DNA of 64,000 nucleotides from Patescibacteria group bacterium UBA3466 (lineage in GTDB: Bacteria > Patescibacteriota > Minisyncoccia > Phycocordibacterales > UBA918), in NCBI GenBank assembly GCA_002378195.1, contig DFRJ01000002.1, positions 329,677 through 393,676 of the forward strand. Direction: 5' to 3'. The notes beneath the pieces are model-generated. The model ran no database searches. It worked only from the letters and a program-made list of their open reading frames with translations, and was not told the DNA's origin. Below are positions 49,059 through 59,005 of this stretch, piece by piece. How positions within the stretch are numbered: the stretch's first letter is position 1; each line of letters opens with the position of its first letter. The position numbers and the translations under genes are program-made.

Positions 49059-49122
49059 TACTTTAATAGTATAGCAAATACAAAAAGGCTCCCAATTTGG
49101 GAGCCTATCGAGGTGTCCAGAT

Positions 49123-49626
49123 TTACACACAGGTTACATCCTCTTTTCTGATATCACCTTGCGAAAAAAGTTCGTAATGCTGGCGCACCAAATCTTGATG
49201 AGGACCAGAAGGAAACAAAGTGCCATCAATTGTAAATGGATCATCCAAACCTGGCACATTAACAATCTCTGGTTTTCGCAAATTTCCTTTTGCGCTTAAC
49301 ACCAATACTCGCATCGCGATGTCTCCGATTCTCATTGCAAAGTATGGAGTTTCGACAGGGTGGAAAAACCATTGATAGCGCTTATCATCATCACTAAAAA
49401 CTGGATGATATGCTCCATCTATGCCTGCCTTGAGCAGAATCCACTGGCGGTTACGTCGCCAATTAGCATCGACAGCCTTCGGCAGCACATTTGGATCAGC
49501 TGCCACATGCGCCCAACCAACATTGTAGAGCTCTGAAAAATTAACCATCAGTCGACTATTCCAACGTCGGCCCCCGTCCTCTCGAAAATTACGAAAACGT
49601 ACCGTCGGTTGGTTGATATGTAGCAT
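49123..49626 (-). CDS. Hypothetical protein (ORFan)
   Basis: 167-aa ORF; SD GAGGT; terminator at 49086..49106. Confidence 0.65.
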   Translation of the reverse strand: MLHINQPTVRFRNFREDGGRRWNSRLMVNFSELYNVGWAHVAADPNVLPKAVDANWRRNRQWILLKAGIDGAYHPVFSDDDKRYQWFFHPVETPYFAMRIGDIAMRVLVLSAKGNLRKPEIVNVPGLDDPFTIDGTLFPSGPHQDLVRQHYELFSQGDIRKEDVTCV

Positions 49627-49676
49627 TTTGATACCTCAAAAGAAAAGAACTTTACCACAAAAATACTATCTCCACA

Positions 49677-50399
49677 TTAGAAGTCAAGTTTATTAATGAA
49701 TGTTCTCGGGGCCATGTGTTTTAACCAAACATCATACAAGTCTTTAATAATCAAAACATCAGTTGAGTTACGGCGGGCAATGTCGGCAAATTTTTTCTCC
49801 TGAAAAAATTTGCCGACCGCTTCCCCTGCAAACAATTGTTTATTCGACAAGCCGTACGCATCGGCCAAAACCTGCAAAGACGGCTTGTAGTTCATTGCCC
49901 CTCCAAAAGAAAACTCGTGCATCAGATCCACATGATAAGGAGGTGACTGTTGGGTTAAATATTTTTGCTGAGCAATTTCTATACTAGGCCGGATTTTGTT
50001 AATGACGGATCGATGAAATATAAACGGTAGCAAAAATGAACGACCGCCATATGTTACAAACGTGTCATAGTTGCTAGCGCCTTCCCACCAATCCTCTAAT
50101 ATTTCTTTCTCTGATCTGGTCTTGTATGTGAAGGAATTGTCCTTAAAATCACCTGCTGTATCAGCTGTGTAGTAGGTGGCCCCTAAATCCCGTTCGATAT
50201 CATACATAGAGAGCGACACCACCCGCCCAGTAAAGGGCGATAAAGCTAGGCGCTCTCGTGCCTCTCGCATTACACTATCCGTCTGCCCTAGAGACTTATG
50301 GCGACTCTGTAGCCATTTAACCAAACCATCCTTACTACTGTCAGGTACGTCTTCCCACTCGTACCCAACCGTCTCGATGTCTACCACCAAAGTCGCCAT
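49677..50399 (-). CDS. PolB-like 3'-5' exonuclease (RNase H-like) family protein, possibly degenerate
   Basis: LVVDIET (ExoI), LALSPFTGRVV, SEKEIL..W, HVDL. Confidence 0.8.
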   Translation of the reverse strand: MATLVVDIETVGYEWEDVPDSSKDGLVKWLQSRHKSLGQTDSVMREARERLALSPFTGRVVSLSMYDIERDLGATYYTADTAGDFKDNSFTYKTRSEKEILEDWWEGASNYDTFVTYGGRSFLLPFIFHRSVINKIRPSIEIAQQKYLTQQSPPYHVDLMHEFSFGGAMNYKPSLQVLADAYGLSNKQLFAGEAVGKFFQEKKFADIARRNSTDVLIIKDLYDVWLKHMAPRTFINKLDF

Positions 50400-50401
50400 G
50401 A

Positions 50402-51214
50402 CTAATTCAAAGGTTGTGGCGAAGACACGAAGCACTCCAACATACTCAAACTTAGTTCAGCTCCTCCCACGTAATAACCATAATTCAGACCATTTGTAAT
50501 TCCTCCGCAACTATCAGTCGGTCGGTCGGTCGTACCGTAAATAGGCCAACCATCAAGAGCGTAACCAATCAATGTAGTTTCATCAAAAATTCTGTACAGT
50601 AAAAAATCTTCGTTTCTAATCAGTGAACCATCTAGCGCAACGCCAATCACATCAGTCTCAAAGCATTGTGGTGAGCCAGCTAGAGGCGGTGACACGGGCA
50701 GCTGCAACAAAGGCCGCTCAACCAGCTCCAACACTTCTATCATTTCTGTCGACGAACCAGTCGAACTAGCCACTTCCACTACCACCTCTTCTTCGATATA
50801 AAATACCCTAGCGCCCTCTGTCTCTTTATGCAAAACACCTCTTAATGGCCAATCACCCGCATACAGCCGGTAATCAGCGCATCCAACCGTATCAATAGTA
50901 ATCTCATCGTCCACCACCAAACTTTCCGGTAAATCCAAAGCTAGCAATGGGTCATCTAGATCGCTATTATCAGCAATCACCAACTCCTGTCCTTCACTAA
51001 TCTTGCGTCGCATTTCAGCCAAACGCTCTGCCCGGGACAGCTCTTGCTCCTCTGGTACAGTAGCCTCATAATCACCATCTAAATCTTCAGTAAAAGTTAG
51101 ACTGTTGTCACTCTTAAACGCAACACCATTATCATTGAGTATGGTGGCACCTATGGCCACGACCAAAAACACGATGGTAACAAACAGCAAAACGAAATCT
51201 CTCGTCCTAAACAT
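50402..51214 (-). CDS. Membrane-anchored protein with YHYH-like C-terminal domain
   Basis: IGVALDG, LIGYALDGWPIYG, DSCGG; the YHYH position reads YGYY. Confidence 0.65.
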   Translation of the reverse strand: MFRTRDFVLLFVTIVFLVVAIGATILNDNGVAFKSDNSLTFTEDLDGDYEATVPEEQELSRAERLAEMRRKISEGQELVIADNSDLDDPLLALDLPESLVVDDEITIDTVGCADYRLYAGDWPLRGVLHKETEGARVFYIEEEVVVEVASSTGSSTEMIEVLELVERPLLQLPVSPPLAGSPQCFETDVIGVALDGSLIRNEDFLLYRIFDETTLIGYALDGWPIYGTTDRPTDSCGGITNGLNYGYYVGGAELSLSMLECFVSSPQPLN

Positions 51215-51267
51215 ATAGCCATCATAGCAAAAGGCGGCGGCAAAGCCGCCGCCTTTACCCACTCCTC

Positions 51268-52632
51268 CTACTTAGTCTTTTTCGTTGTCTTTCTGACTCT
51301 TTTCTTAACCGTCTTTGGTTTTGCCTTCACAACACCTCCCGACCCTCGACTAGCCACCTTAATGTCCACCAGTTTCTCTACCCGCCGAATATCAGCCAAT
51401 AGTTTTGAACGATCTTGGTTGTACATGAGCAAGTTGAACACAGACCGGCCGCCGTTTCTGGCAAAGACAGATTTATCACCGATTTTCTTGTTCTGTTTAA
51501 TGCTGTGGAAAGACTCTAGAGTTTCAATCTTTTTGATCCCTTTCAATTCAGTAATGACACCCTCATTATCAGCAAACCATTTAATAGCACAAGCAAACCC
51601 CTTACACTTCTTTGGAACAACTGGCTTCTTAGGAATCCTCACCAGAACATCGTTGAGTGAGTGATTAATGTCACAGCTTAGCTGATGCAAGACATGACGA
51701 AAACCTCCTACTCGCGCACCCACCTCAACAATCTTCCACTCATCATCAATTTTCATCAATTCAACATGACAAGTCGTACTGCGTAGACCAAGGGCGTGAA
51801 TGGCTTTCTCAGCCGCTTCTTCAGCTTTTTTCACCGTATGTGCCTTCAGAGCGGTCGGTGTCATTTGTAGATAATTATAAAAATCATCATGACCAATATC
51901 TCGTCCGGTCTTTTGACGGACCAGCGGACAGTGACTGATGCCTCCTCTTGAGTTTACATATGAATCAATTGAGTAGAGATCTCCTTCCATGAACTGTTCG
52001 GCAATCACCTTGGGAACATTCATACTGCTCTCATTAGCGTAAGCGGTTTTGATTTTTCTAAACAGCGTCCGGAGCGTCTTTTCCAACTCCTCTTCGTGGT
52101 AGCAGATAGTCACAAACAGGCTTCCTGCCAAACTAGCCGGCTTAATAATCATTGGAAAACCAATCTTCTTGATAGTTCGCTTTCTTTCTTCGATAGAGTT
52201 TTTCTTTACCCATGTGAACTTAGGGGTAATTTTTGAGTCATACAAATTGAAGCGCTTGCGCATTTCATATTTATCACTAGACCAATCCAATGATTCAGTA
52301 CCAGGTGTGCGCAAATATGGCACATGAGGTATGACTTTCATAAACCGAGCCATATGCTTCTCAGACCGACAGGTAACAGCTAAAAGCTCATCTTGATACG
52401 GCAGTAAGGTTTCGGCGATTTTCCACGGTTTAGAAAAATCACAAGCAGCATAAATATCCAAACCTTCAGTCTCAGCCAACTTGGTGGTATCACGCAATCT
52501 AGAATCCATCAGCAACATCACTCGCAAAGGTCCACCAAAGTCCTTTTCGTATCTTCGAATCTGTTCAATTGTGTCTTTGCCGTCAGGCAAATTCATCACG
52601 AACAAAATAATATTTTTATTAATCTCTTTCAT
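51268..52632 (-). CDS. ATP-grasp domain protein (L-amino acid ligase-like)
   Basis: DKYEMR, GFPMIIKP, AEQFMEG, CHVELM, IVEVGARVGG. Confidence 0.85.
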   Translation of the reverse strand: MKEINKNIILFVMNLPDGKDTIEQIRRYEKDFGGPLRVMLLMDSRLRDTTKLAETEGLDIYAACDFSKPWKIAETLLPYQDELLAVTCRSEKHMARFMKVIPHVPYLRTPGTESLDWSSDKYEMRKRFNLYDSKITPKFTWVKKNSIEERKRTIKKIGFPMIIKPASLAGSLFVTICYHEEELEKTLRTLFRKIKTAYANESSMNVPKVIAEQFMEGDLYSIDSYVNSRGGISHCPLVRQKTGRDIGHDDFYNYLQMTPTALKAHTVKKAEEAAEKAIHALGLRSTTCHVELMKIDDEWKIVEVGARVGGFRHVLHQLSCDINHSLNDVLVRIPKKPVVPKKCKGFACAIKWFADNEGVITELKGIKKIETLESFHSIKQNKKIGDKSVFARNGGRSVFNLLMYNQDRSKLLADIRRVEKLVDIKVASRGSGGVVKAKPKTVKKRVRKTTKKTK

Positions 52633-52780
52633 GTATCTTAGAAACAAAAAATCAGCAGAACTGCCGATATTTAAACATCAATATTTCAGATGCTAAAATC
52701 ATACACTGTAATTTACCCAAATTCATACGTGAACACACATGTTATTAGATGACAACTCTTGACTTTATAAAAAGCAAATT

Positions 52781-53647
52781 CTAAGACCTAGACTCATTTG
52801 CCAACTTTTCATACACATCCAACAAGGCATCTTCGAAAGAATTGTCGACCACCGAATCCAGCCCGTACCAGCTCGGATTTACATTAAGCTCAATTAGTCG
52901 ATACTGTCCATCCTGCTCTGACTTGATCAAATCAACTCCAGCTAAATCATGGGGTAGCGTTGCTATCGCCGCCTCGGCCAGATCAAACACTATCTTTCTC
53001 TCTTCTTCATCCGGAATAGCTTCGGCATATCCTCCCAACGCCAGATTAGCTCTAAAATCATCTGCTTTTGGTACCCGCCTATAACCACAGACAGCCTTAC
53101 CCTCCAATACCAGTACTCGCACATCATTTTTGTGTGGTAGATATTCTTGGAATAAATAGAGCGCTGGGGTATCGACACACTCATCCAAATCGCCTTGAGA
53201 CTGTATTTTGTGTACATGTGCTCCTTGAGTTCCTCTAAAGCGCTTGGCTATTATTGGTTCACCTAGTTTGGACTTTAAGGAATCCCAATTTGGTTCACGA
53301 GTAAACTCTGTTTTAGGAACAGGTAAACCAGCTCGTGAAAAATTCAGAGTCTGATACATTTTGTCGTGGGTTAAGTGTGGTAGTTTTGAGCGGTTGTTTA
53401 ACACCGGTATCTTAAGATCGATACAAATTTCACCAAACATCACACCAACCGGATCTGCCGTCCCTGCATAATAATGCAAGGCATCATAACGCTCAGCACA
53501 TTCCTTAGCAAAGGCCGTAAGACCGGCATGGGACAGTGGCATATCTGGCAGTGGAATATGCTCCACCACGTGACCACGCTCACTCGCTTTAAGAGACAAA
53601 GCAGTGAAACTTTTTTGCGCCTTTGCAGCAATAAAACCAAATTTCAT
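52781..53647 (-). CDS. RimK-family ATP-grasp ligase
   Basis: GLPVPKT, GTQG, FQEYL, DVRVLV, DFRANLALGG, AGVDLI, IELNVNP. Confidence 0.9.
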   Translation of the reverse strand: MKFGFIAAKAQKSFTALSLKASERGHVVEHIPLPDMPLSHAGLTAFAKECAERYDALHYYAGTADPVGVMFGEICIDLKIPVLNNRSKLPHLTHDKMYQTLNFSRAGLPVPKTEFTREPNWDSLKSKLGEPIIAKRFRGTQGAHVHKIQSQGDLDECVDTPALYLFQEYLPHKNDVRVLVLEGKAVCGYRRVPKADDFRANLALGGYAEAIPDEEERKIVFDLAEAAIATLPHDLAGVDLIKSEQDGQYRLIELNVNPSWYGLDSVVDNSFEDALLDVYEKLANESRS

Positions 53648-53683
53648 ACCAATCCTTCGTTGCGCTTATAGGGATTACGTAGA

Positions 53684-54370
53684 CTAAATCCCAAACTTAA
53701 TGTCAGTTTCCAACCCTGGGGCGACACCTCCTTCTGCCTCAACCTCATCATTCACAGCGTCTCCTGAAATAGCCGCTACAATTTGCGCTTCAAATTGTTC
53801 GTAAGTCTCATAAACTAATCTTTCACCATTCAAAAAGAAAGTCGGGGTGCCGGTGACACCTATTTCTCTACCTCCATTGAATTGACTTTGGATTCTATCT
53901 CGCAATACAGAAGAACCGAGATGTCGCCTATACTGATCCATATCCAAACCAATCTCTTCAGCGTACTTAGCAAAGAAAGTATTAGCCGCTGCACCTCCAC
54001 TCCACTCGGCCTGGTTCTGGAAAATCATGTCGTGCATTTCGTAAAACTTCCCCTGTTGGCCAGCCGCTTCTGCAGCCAAAGCCGCTTGCGCAGAAGCATT
54101 ACTCAAAAATGGAAAATGCCGGTATTCAAATTTAATACTGTCTCCGTGCCGCTCCAAAATATCATCCACCACCATAGCTGCCTGAGCACAAGATGGACAT
54201 TGAAGATCACTATACTTGACCAACTCTACTGACGCCTCTTTATTGCCCTTAACTTGATCTTGGACCACCACTCCTTCATTGGCCTGTTTGGCCGAATTGC
54301 TAGAAATTAAAAAAGCGCCGCCAAACAATACTATTGTTACGATGCCGATTATTACCCATGGATTTTTCAT
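53684..54370 (-). CDS. DsbA-family thioredoxin (CPSC)
   Basis: YSDLQCPSC, YRHFP, GVTGTPTFF. Confidence 0.9.
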   Translation of the reverse strand: MKNPWVIIGIVTIVLFGGAFLISSNSAKQANEGVVVQDQVKGNKEASVELVKYSDLQCPSCAQAAMVVDDILERHGDSIKFEYRHFPFLSNASAQAALAAEAAGQQGKFYEMHDMIFQNQAEWSGGAAANTFFAKYAEEIGLDMDQYRRHLGSSVLRDRIQSQFNGGREIGVTGTPTFFLNGERLVYETYEQFEAQIVAAISGDAVNDEVEAEGGVAPGLETDIKFGI

Positions 54371-54444
54371 ATGGAGCCTATTTTATCACAATCACCCACA
54401 CTGACCCAATCTAGACAGACTTTTCTTTGGTACACTTAAACACA

Positions 54445-57090
54445 ATGCAACAAGTTCCCCACAGCCCCTGGTCTGACAACCTGGAGGAAATTGAGAACCT
54501 TCTCGACACCAACCTTGAGTCTGGTCTATCTGAAAGTGAAGCCAAGTCTCGTCTCAAAAGCCACGGCGAAAATGTATTCGACTCAAACAACGAAAAATCA
54601 GCAGTGGCTATATTTTTACAGCAATTTGCCAGTCCTCTTATTATCATTCTATGTGTTGCGGTAGTCATCACCGCTATTTTTGGAGAGTGGCTAGACACAT
54701 CCATCATTGCTTTCGCTGTAATCGTAAACGCTATCCTTGGTTTCATTCAGGAATACAAAGCCGAGAAAGCAATCTCCGACCTGCGTTCATACATTACTCA
54801 CCGCACTCGTGTCATTAGAGACGGTCACGAAATGGAGATTGATCCCCGCTTTTTGGTACCAGGAGACATTATTCATATTACTCACGGCGCTCGTATTACC
54901 GCTGACGCCCGAATCATCAGAGAAATTAATTTCACTGCGGATGAAGCAATCATGACCGGTGAGTCACTGCCGGTTGAAAAACAAGCCGAAATTCTAAGTG
55001 AGACAACCCAACTACCAGAACGCAACAACATGATATTCGCCGGCACACTGGGAATTGATGGTTCTGCTTATGGCGTCGTTACCGCCACTGGCTACCGGAC
55101 CGAAATTGGTAAATTAGCTAAGTTGGTTGATGAAACCGAAGCTGAACAAACACCGCTGCAAAAAGCCATGGGACAACTAACTGTTGCGATTATTGTACTG
55201 ACCTCAATTGCAGTTGGAATATTATTTATCGCCGGTCTAGCCCAAGGCTTACCATTTAAAGAAATGGTACTCATATCCATCGCGGTCTTGGTTGGATCAG
55301 TCCCTGAAGCTCTACCAATTGGCCTGACTGCCATTTTAGCGATTGGTGTAACGCGCATCGCCCAAAAGAAAGGTATCATGCGCAATCTGACCGCCGCTGA
55401 AACTTTGGGCTCAACCACTCTCATAATCACGGACAAAACTGGCACCCTGACCCAAGCCGACATGAAGCTGATCGATATTGATACTACTGACACATTGCTA
55501 GACGCAAACTTTACTCCAGCCGACCATACTGACAATTTCAATCAAGACCAACAAGACATCCTGATGCTGGCCCGCTGCTCAAGCGATGTGGTAATCGAAA
55601 ACCCGACTGATGAAATCGAGAAATGGGTCATGAGTGGCTCAGACCTAGAGACCAATATCGTTAAAGCGGCTGCCAAACACGACATCACCCAGACCGAAGC
55701 TGATCGCAGTGAAATCCAAATCCGCATTCCTTTCAGCTCCAAGCACAAATTCTCTGTAGTCCGAATCCCTTCTTCATACTTGCCGGGTCATTTGGACCAG
55801 TTTGAAGATCCGCACGTCGTCATGGGTGCACCCGACATCATGATTGAACGCTCATACCTTGACCATAACGCCAAAGCACAGCTGCTTAATGCCATCAAAA
55901 CCCATAGCCGTTATGGCCGTCGAGTGCTAGGTATTGGATTACTTACTCCTCACACCGACCCATCAAGCATTACGATAGACCACGTCCAAAATATGACCTT
56001 TTTGGGCGTCTTGAGTTTTCACGATCCAATTAGACCTGAAATAAAAGAGTCTTTAACTCGCATCAATTCATACGGCACCCGAGTCATTATGGCTACCGGC
56101 GATCTTCCAGGCACTGCCCTCGCTGTAGCTGAAGAAATTGGCTGGAAAGTCACTGAAAGTAATGTGTTGACTGGAGAACAACTGAAACAACTGACCGACG
56201 AAGAACTCATAAACCTGCTAGACAAAATTCACATTTACGCGCGCGTTACACCAAAAGACAAGCTACGTATTACCCAACTACACCAAAAACAAGGCGAGGT
56301 GGTAGCAATGACTGGTGACGGAGTGAACGATTCGCCTTCCCTTAAAGCAGCCAACATTGGTATCGCTGTTGGTTCGGGTAGCGATGTAGCTAAGAGCGTA
56401 TCGGACCTGATATTACTAGATGACAACTTCAATACCATTGTATCCACCATCGAAGAAGGTAAACAGATCCTTAGTAATATCAAAAAAATGTTTGTTTACC
56501 TCATGTCCAACGCCCTTGATGAGCTTATTTTGGTCGGCGGCGCAATTGTAGCAGGAGTTGCTCTTCCCCTCACTGCGGTACAAATTATTTGGGTGAACCT
56601 GTTCGCCGGCAGTTTGCCGGCTATTGCCTTTGCCTTTGACAGGCAACAAATGAAAGAGACTGATGCTACCAGCCGAAAACTCTATGATGCCCGTGTTATG
56701 TTCGTTACTATTTACGTCGCCGTAACCATATCTTTACTACTCTTTTCTTTGTATCTATTTTTACTCAGCTACGGCGTAGCTATCGAACTGGCCCGCAGCA
56801 TAGTATTCGCTAGCTTTGGTACTTACGCACTTTTTATCTCATTCTCATTCCTAGATCTTAGTCGCCCCTTATTTACTTACTCTCTACTCAAGAATCGACT
56901 CTTGATAGTCGGCGTCACCGTTGGATCACTAATCATGCTGGCCACTTTCACTGTACCTTTCTTGGCTCATGCCATAGATGTAACACCGCTACCGTGGCTT
57001 TGGATTGGATTTGTCGTTCTCTGGATCGGCTTTAATATGTTGGTAGTAGAATTAGGTAAGTGGTTTGCTAACCGATTCTTGGTCAGGTAG
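54445..57090 (+). CDS. P-type cation-transporting ATPase (type II, Ca2+-like)
   Basis: TGES, PEALP, DKTGTLT, TGD, MTGDGVND. Confidence 0.95.
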   Translation: MQQVPHSPWSDNLEEIENLLDTNLESGLSESEAKSRLKSHGENVFDSNNEKSAVAIFLQQFASPLIIILCVAVVITAIFGEWLDTSIIAFAVIVNAILGFIQEYKAEKAISDLRSYITHRTRVIRDGHEMEIDPRFLVPGDIIHITHGARITADARIIREINFTADEAIMTGESLPVEKQAEILSETTQLPERNNMIFAGTLGIDGSAYGVVTATGYRTEIGKLAKLVDETEAEQTPLQKAMGQLTVAIIVLTSIAVGILFIAGLAQGLPFKEMVLISIAVLVGSVPEALPIGLTAILAIGVTRIAQKKGIMRNLTAAETLGSTTLIITDKTGTLTQADMKLIDIDTTDTLLDANFTPADHTDNFNQDQQDILMLARCSSDVVIENPTDEIEKWVMSGSDLETNIVKAAAKHDITQTEADRSEIQIRIPFSSKHKFSVVRIPSSYLPGHLDQFEDPHVVMGAPDIMIERSYLDHNAKAQLLNAIKTHSRYGRRVLGIGLLTPHTDPSSITIDHVQNMTFLGVLSFHDPIRPEIKESLTRINSYGTRVIMATGDLPGTALAVAEEIGWKVTESNVLTGEQLKQLTDEELINLLDKIHIYARVTPKDKLRITQLHQKQGEVVAMTGDGVNDSPSLKAANIGIAVGSGSDVAKSVSDLILLDDNFNTIVSTIEEGKQILSNIKKMFVYLMSNALDELILVGGAIVAGVALPLTAVQIIWVNLFAGSLPAIAFAFDRQQMKETDATSRKLYDARVMFVTIYVAVTISLLLFSLYLFLLSYGVAIELARSIVFASFGTYALFISFSFLDLSRPLFTYSLLKNRLLIVGVTVGSLIMLATFTVPFLAHAIDVTPLPWLWIGFVVLWIGFNMLVVELGKWFANRFLVR

Positions 57091-57129
57091 TGGACTTTTA
57101 TCTCAAACTATCATAGCCTCTACACTAAT

Positions 57130-57861
57130 ATGCCAATGAAACCAAATTTCGTCAGGAAGAAAAAACGCAAGGTGCACGGATCGACCTTTTGGGACCAAGA
57201 ATACACAAACCCTGAGCATCTAAAGTTATCCGATAAAGAAAGTGAGGATTTGGCAAAATTTACCAGATGGCTGATTCGACGTGAACGAGGCGACCTACTG
57301 GCAGAAGGAGCCAGCGCGATTGATGCTGGCTGCGGTAATGGCCGCAACCTGATCTACCTGGCTCGTCACTTCAACATGATTGGCGCCGGGGTAGATATTT
57401 CATCAGCAGCCATTTCTCAAGCGAAAGCTGCCTCGAAGGACCTCAATATTAAGTATCAGGTCGGCAGTGCTGCCGACCCACTACCAACCGATGACGGATC
57501 CCAAACCCTCGCCTTAGACATGATGACATCGCACTTTTTAGATAAGGCTGGCCGAGAACGCTTACGCGACGAACTCTACCGCAGTCTGCAACCGGGTGGT
57601 TATCTATTTATGAAAACCTTCCTCAAAGATAAAGACCTCCATACCGCCAGACTAATCAAAGAGAAACCCGGTGCAGAAGAAGGTAGCTATATCCACCCCG
57701 TCATGGGAGTAGCTGAGTATGTGTACAGTGAGGAGGAATTGGTTGATTTTTTAAGTGAGAAATTTATCGTGCGAAAAATTTATCGATCCCACAAACACGC
57801 CTTTAAGGGTAGAGCTCGCAAACGTCGCACTATCTCCATATACGCTGAGAAAGATTATTAG
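57130..57861 (+). CDS. Class I SAM-dependent methyltransferase
   Basis: IDAGCGNGRN, GVDIS, LQPGG. Confidence 0.9.
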   Translation: MPMKPNFVRKKKRKVHGSTFWDQEYTNPEHLKLSDKESEDLAKFTRWLIRRERGDLLAEGASAIDAGCGNGRNLIYLARHFNMIGAGVDISSAAISQAKAASKDLNIKYQVGSAADPLPTDDGSQTLALDMMTSHFLDKAGRERLRDELYRSLQPGGYLFMKTFLKDKDLHTARLIKEKPGAEEGSYIHPVMGVAEYVYSEEELVDFLSEKFIVRKIYRSHKHAFKGRARKRRTISIYAEKDY

Positions 57862-57880
57862 AATGTAGTAAAATGTCGAC

Positions 57881-58234
57881 ATGATACAAAAATACCTCAA
57901 TAGAATTCACTTCGCTCTCAATGGCATTAAACACGCGGCACTGAATGACCTTGGCTTTAGAAGCCAGCTATATTTTGGAGCTTTGGTTTTGTTTGTTGTT
58001 CTGGCTTTTCTACTGCCTCTAGATCGCATGGAGACACTTTTTATTATTCTTAGCTACTTTTTAATTTTAATCACCGAACTGCAAAACTCAGCCATCGAGG
58101 CAGCTTTGGATCAACTGCACCCTGGATTAAACGACCATATCGGAATCAGTAAAGACATGGCCGCCGGAGCGGTGCTATTAGCCGGCCTATTTCTGCTAAT
58201 CACACTAGTTGTGATTGGATGGCCAAGGATTTAG
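57881..58234 (+). CDS. dgkA: Prokaryotic diacylglycerol/undecaprenol kinase
   Basis: FALNGI, ELQNSAIEAALD, SKDMAAGAVL. Confidence 0.9.
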   Translation: MIQKYLNRIHFALNGIKHAALNDLGFRSQLYFGALVLFVVLAFLLPLDRMETLFIILSYFLILITELQNSAIEAALDQLHPGLNDHIGISKDMAAGAVLLAGLFLLITLVVIGWPRI

Positions 58235-58235
58235 C

Positions 58236-58270
58236 AATAAAGCGCGCACCCTTCGGGTGCGCGCTTTATT
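58236..58270. terminator. Bidirectional terminator, 16-bp palindrome with TTC/GAA triloop
   Basis: AATAAAGCGCGCACCC-TTC-GGGTGCGCGCTTTATT between convergent genes. Confidence 0.8.
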
Positions 58271-58278
58271 ATTTAGAT

Positions 58279-58911
58279 TTACGGTAATTCAGCTTCGTAG
58301 ATAGTACCAAACTCCATCCCAGCATTCATAATCTGACCAAAGTCCTGGAACAACACGTCACCCGGAGGTAAGAAAATGGTGCGATCTACATTTTCCCAGG
58401 TCTTACAATCATACGAAACCGCCTGATCAAGCGGAATCGGAGCATTTTCTGACACCTCTGTTTCCGACCTATCCGATAGGCTCATTTGCATCCCATAGCT
58501 GGCCCCATCAATTTCCGACCAAACGTACATATTTCCCCCATCCATAATCAAAGAGGATAAAATTTTTCCATCCAGATCCGGAGAGGCGGTCAAGAAATCT
58601 CCTCGGACACTCCCATCACTTACAAAGTAAGTACCTTCTACGTCAGTTGCAGTCGCTTCGTCTTTATAAATAATTGAGCACTCTAGATCATCCTCCCCAA
58701 TCATTAAACTACGCAAGGTATCTTCACCTTGTTTCACTTCAACTTTCTCAGACATCTCAATAGCTTCAGACTGATCAATTTCTGCATATTCCACTTGCCC
58801 TTCAGTTAAGCGCTCTTGGTTCTCGTGAGCTGGTGTAGAGAAAATAGTGTAGTATCCAAAACCAACCACAACTATTCCAATTACAATTCCAACAATAATA
58901 AAAGTTCTCAT
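58279..58911 (-). CDS. Membrane-anchored hypothetical protein
   Basis: N-terminal TM helix; LECS..GTYFVSDGSVRGDF..MYVWS..YDCKTW..F.PP. Confidence 0.75.
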   Translation of the reverse strand: MRTFIIVGIVIGIVVVGFGYYTIFSTPAHENQERLTEGQVEYAEIDQSEAIEMSEKVEVKQGEDTLRSLMIGEDDLECSIIYKDEATATDVEGTYFVSDGSVRGDFLTASPDLDGKILSSLIMDGGNMYVWSEIDGASYGMQMSLSDRSETEVSENAPIPLDQAVSYDCKTWENVDRTIFLPPGDVLFQDFGQIMNAGMEFGTIYEAELP

Positions 58912-59005
58912 GATGTGACGCTTTTAATTATAATAATTAAGCTAATTATACCTATTTTTTGGATTATTTCGTTTTATTGTAGGTTGATATGTAATAATAA
59001 ACTTT

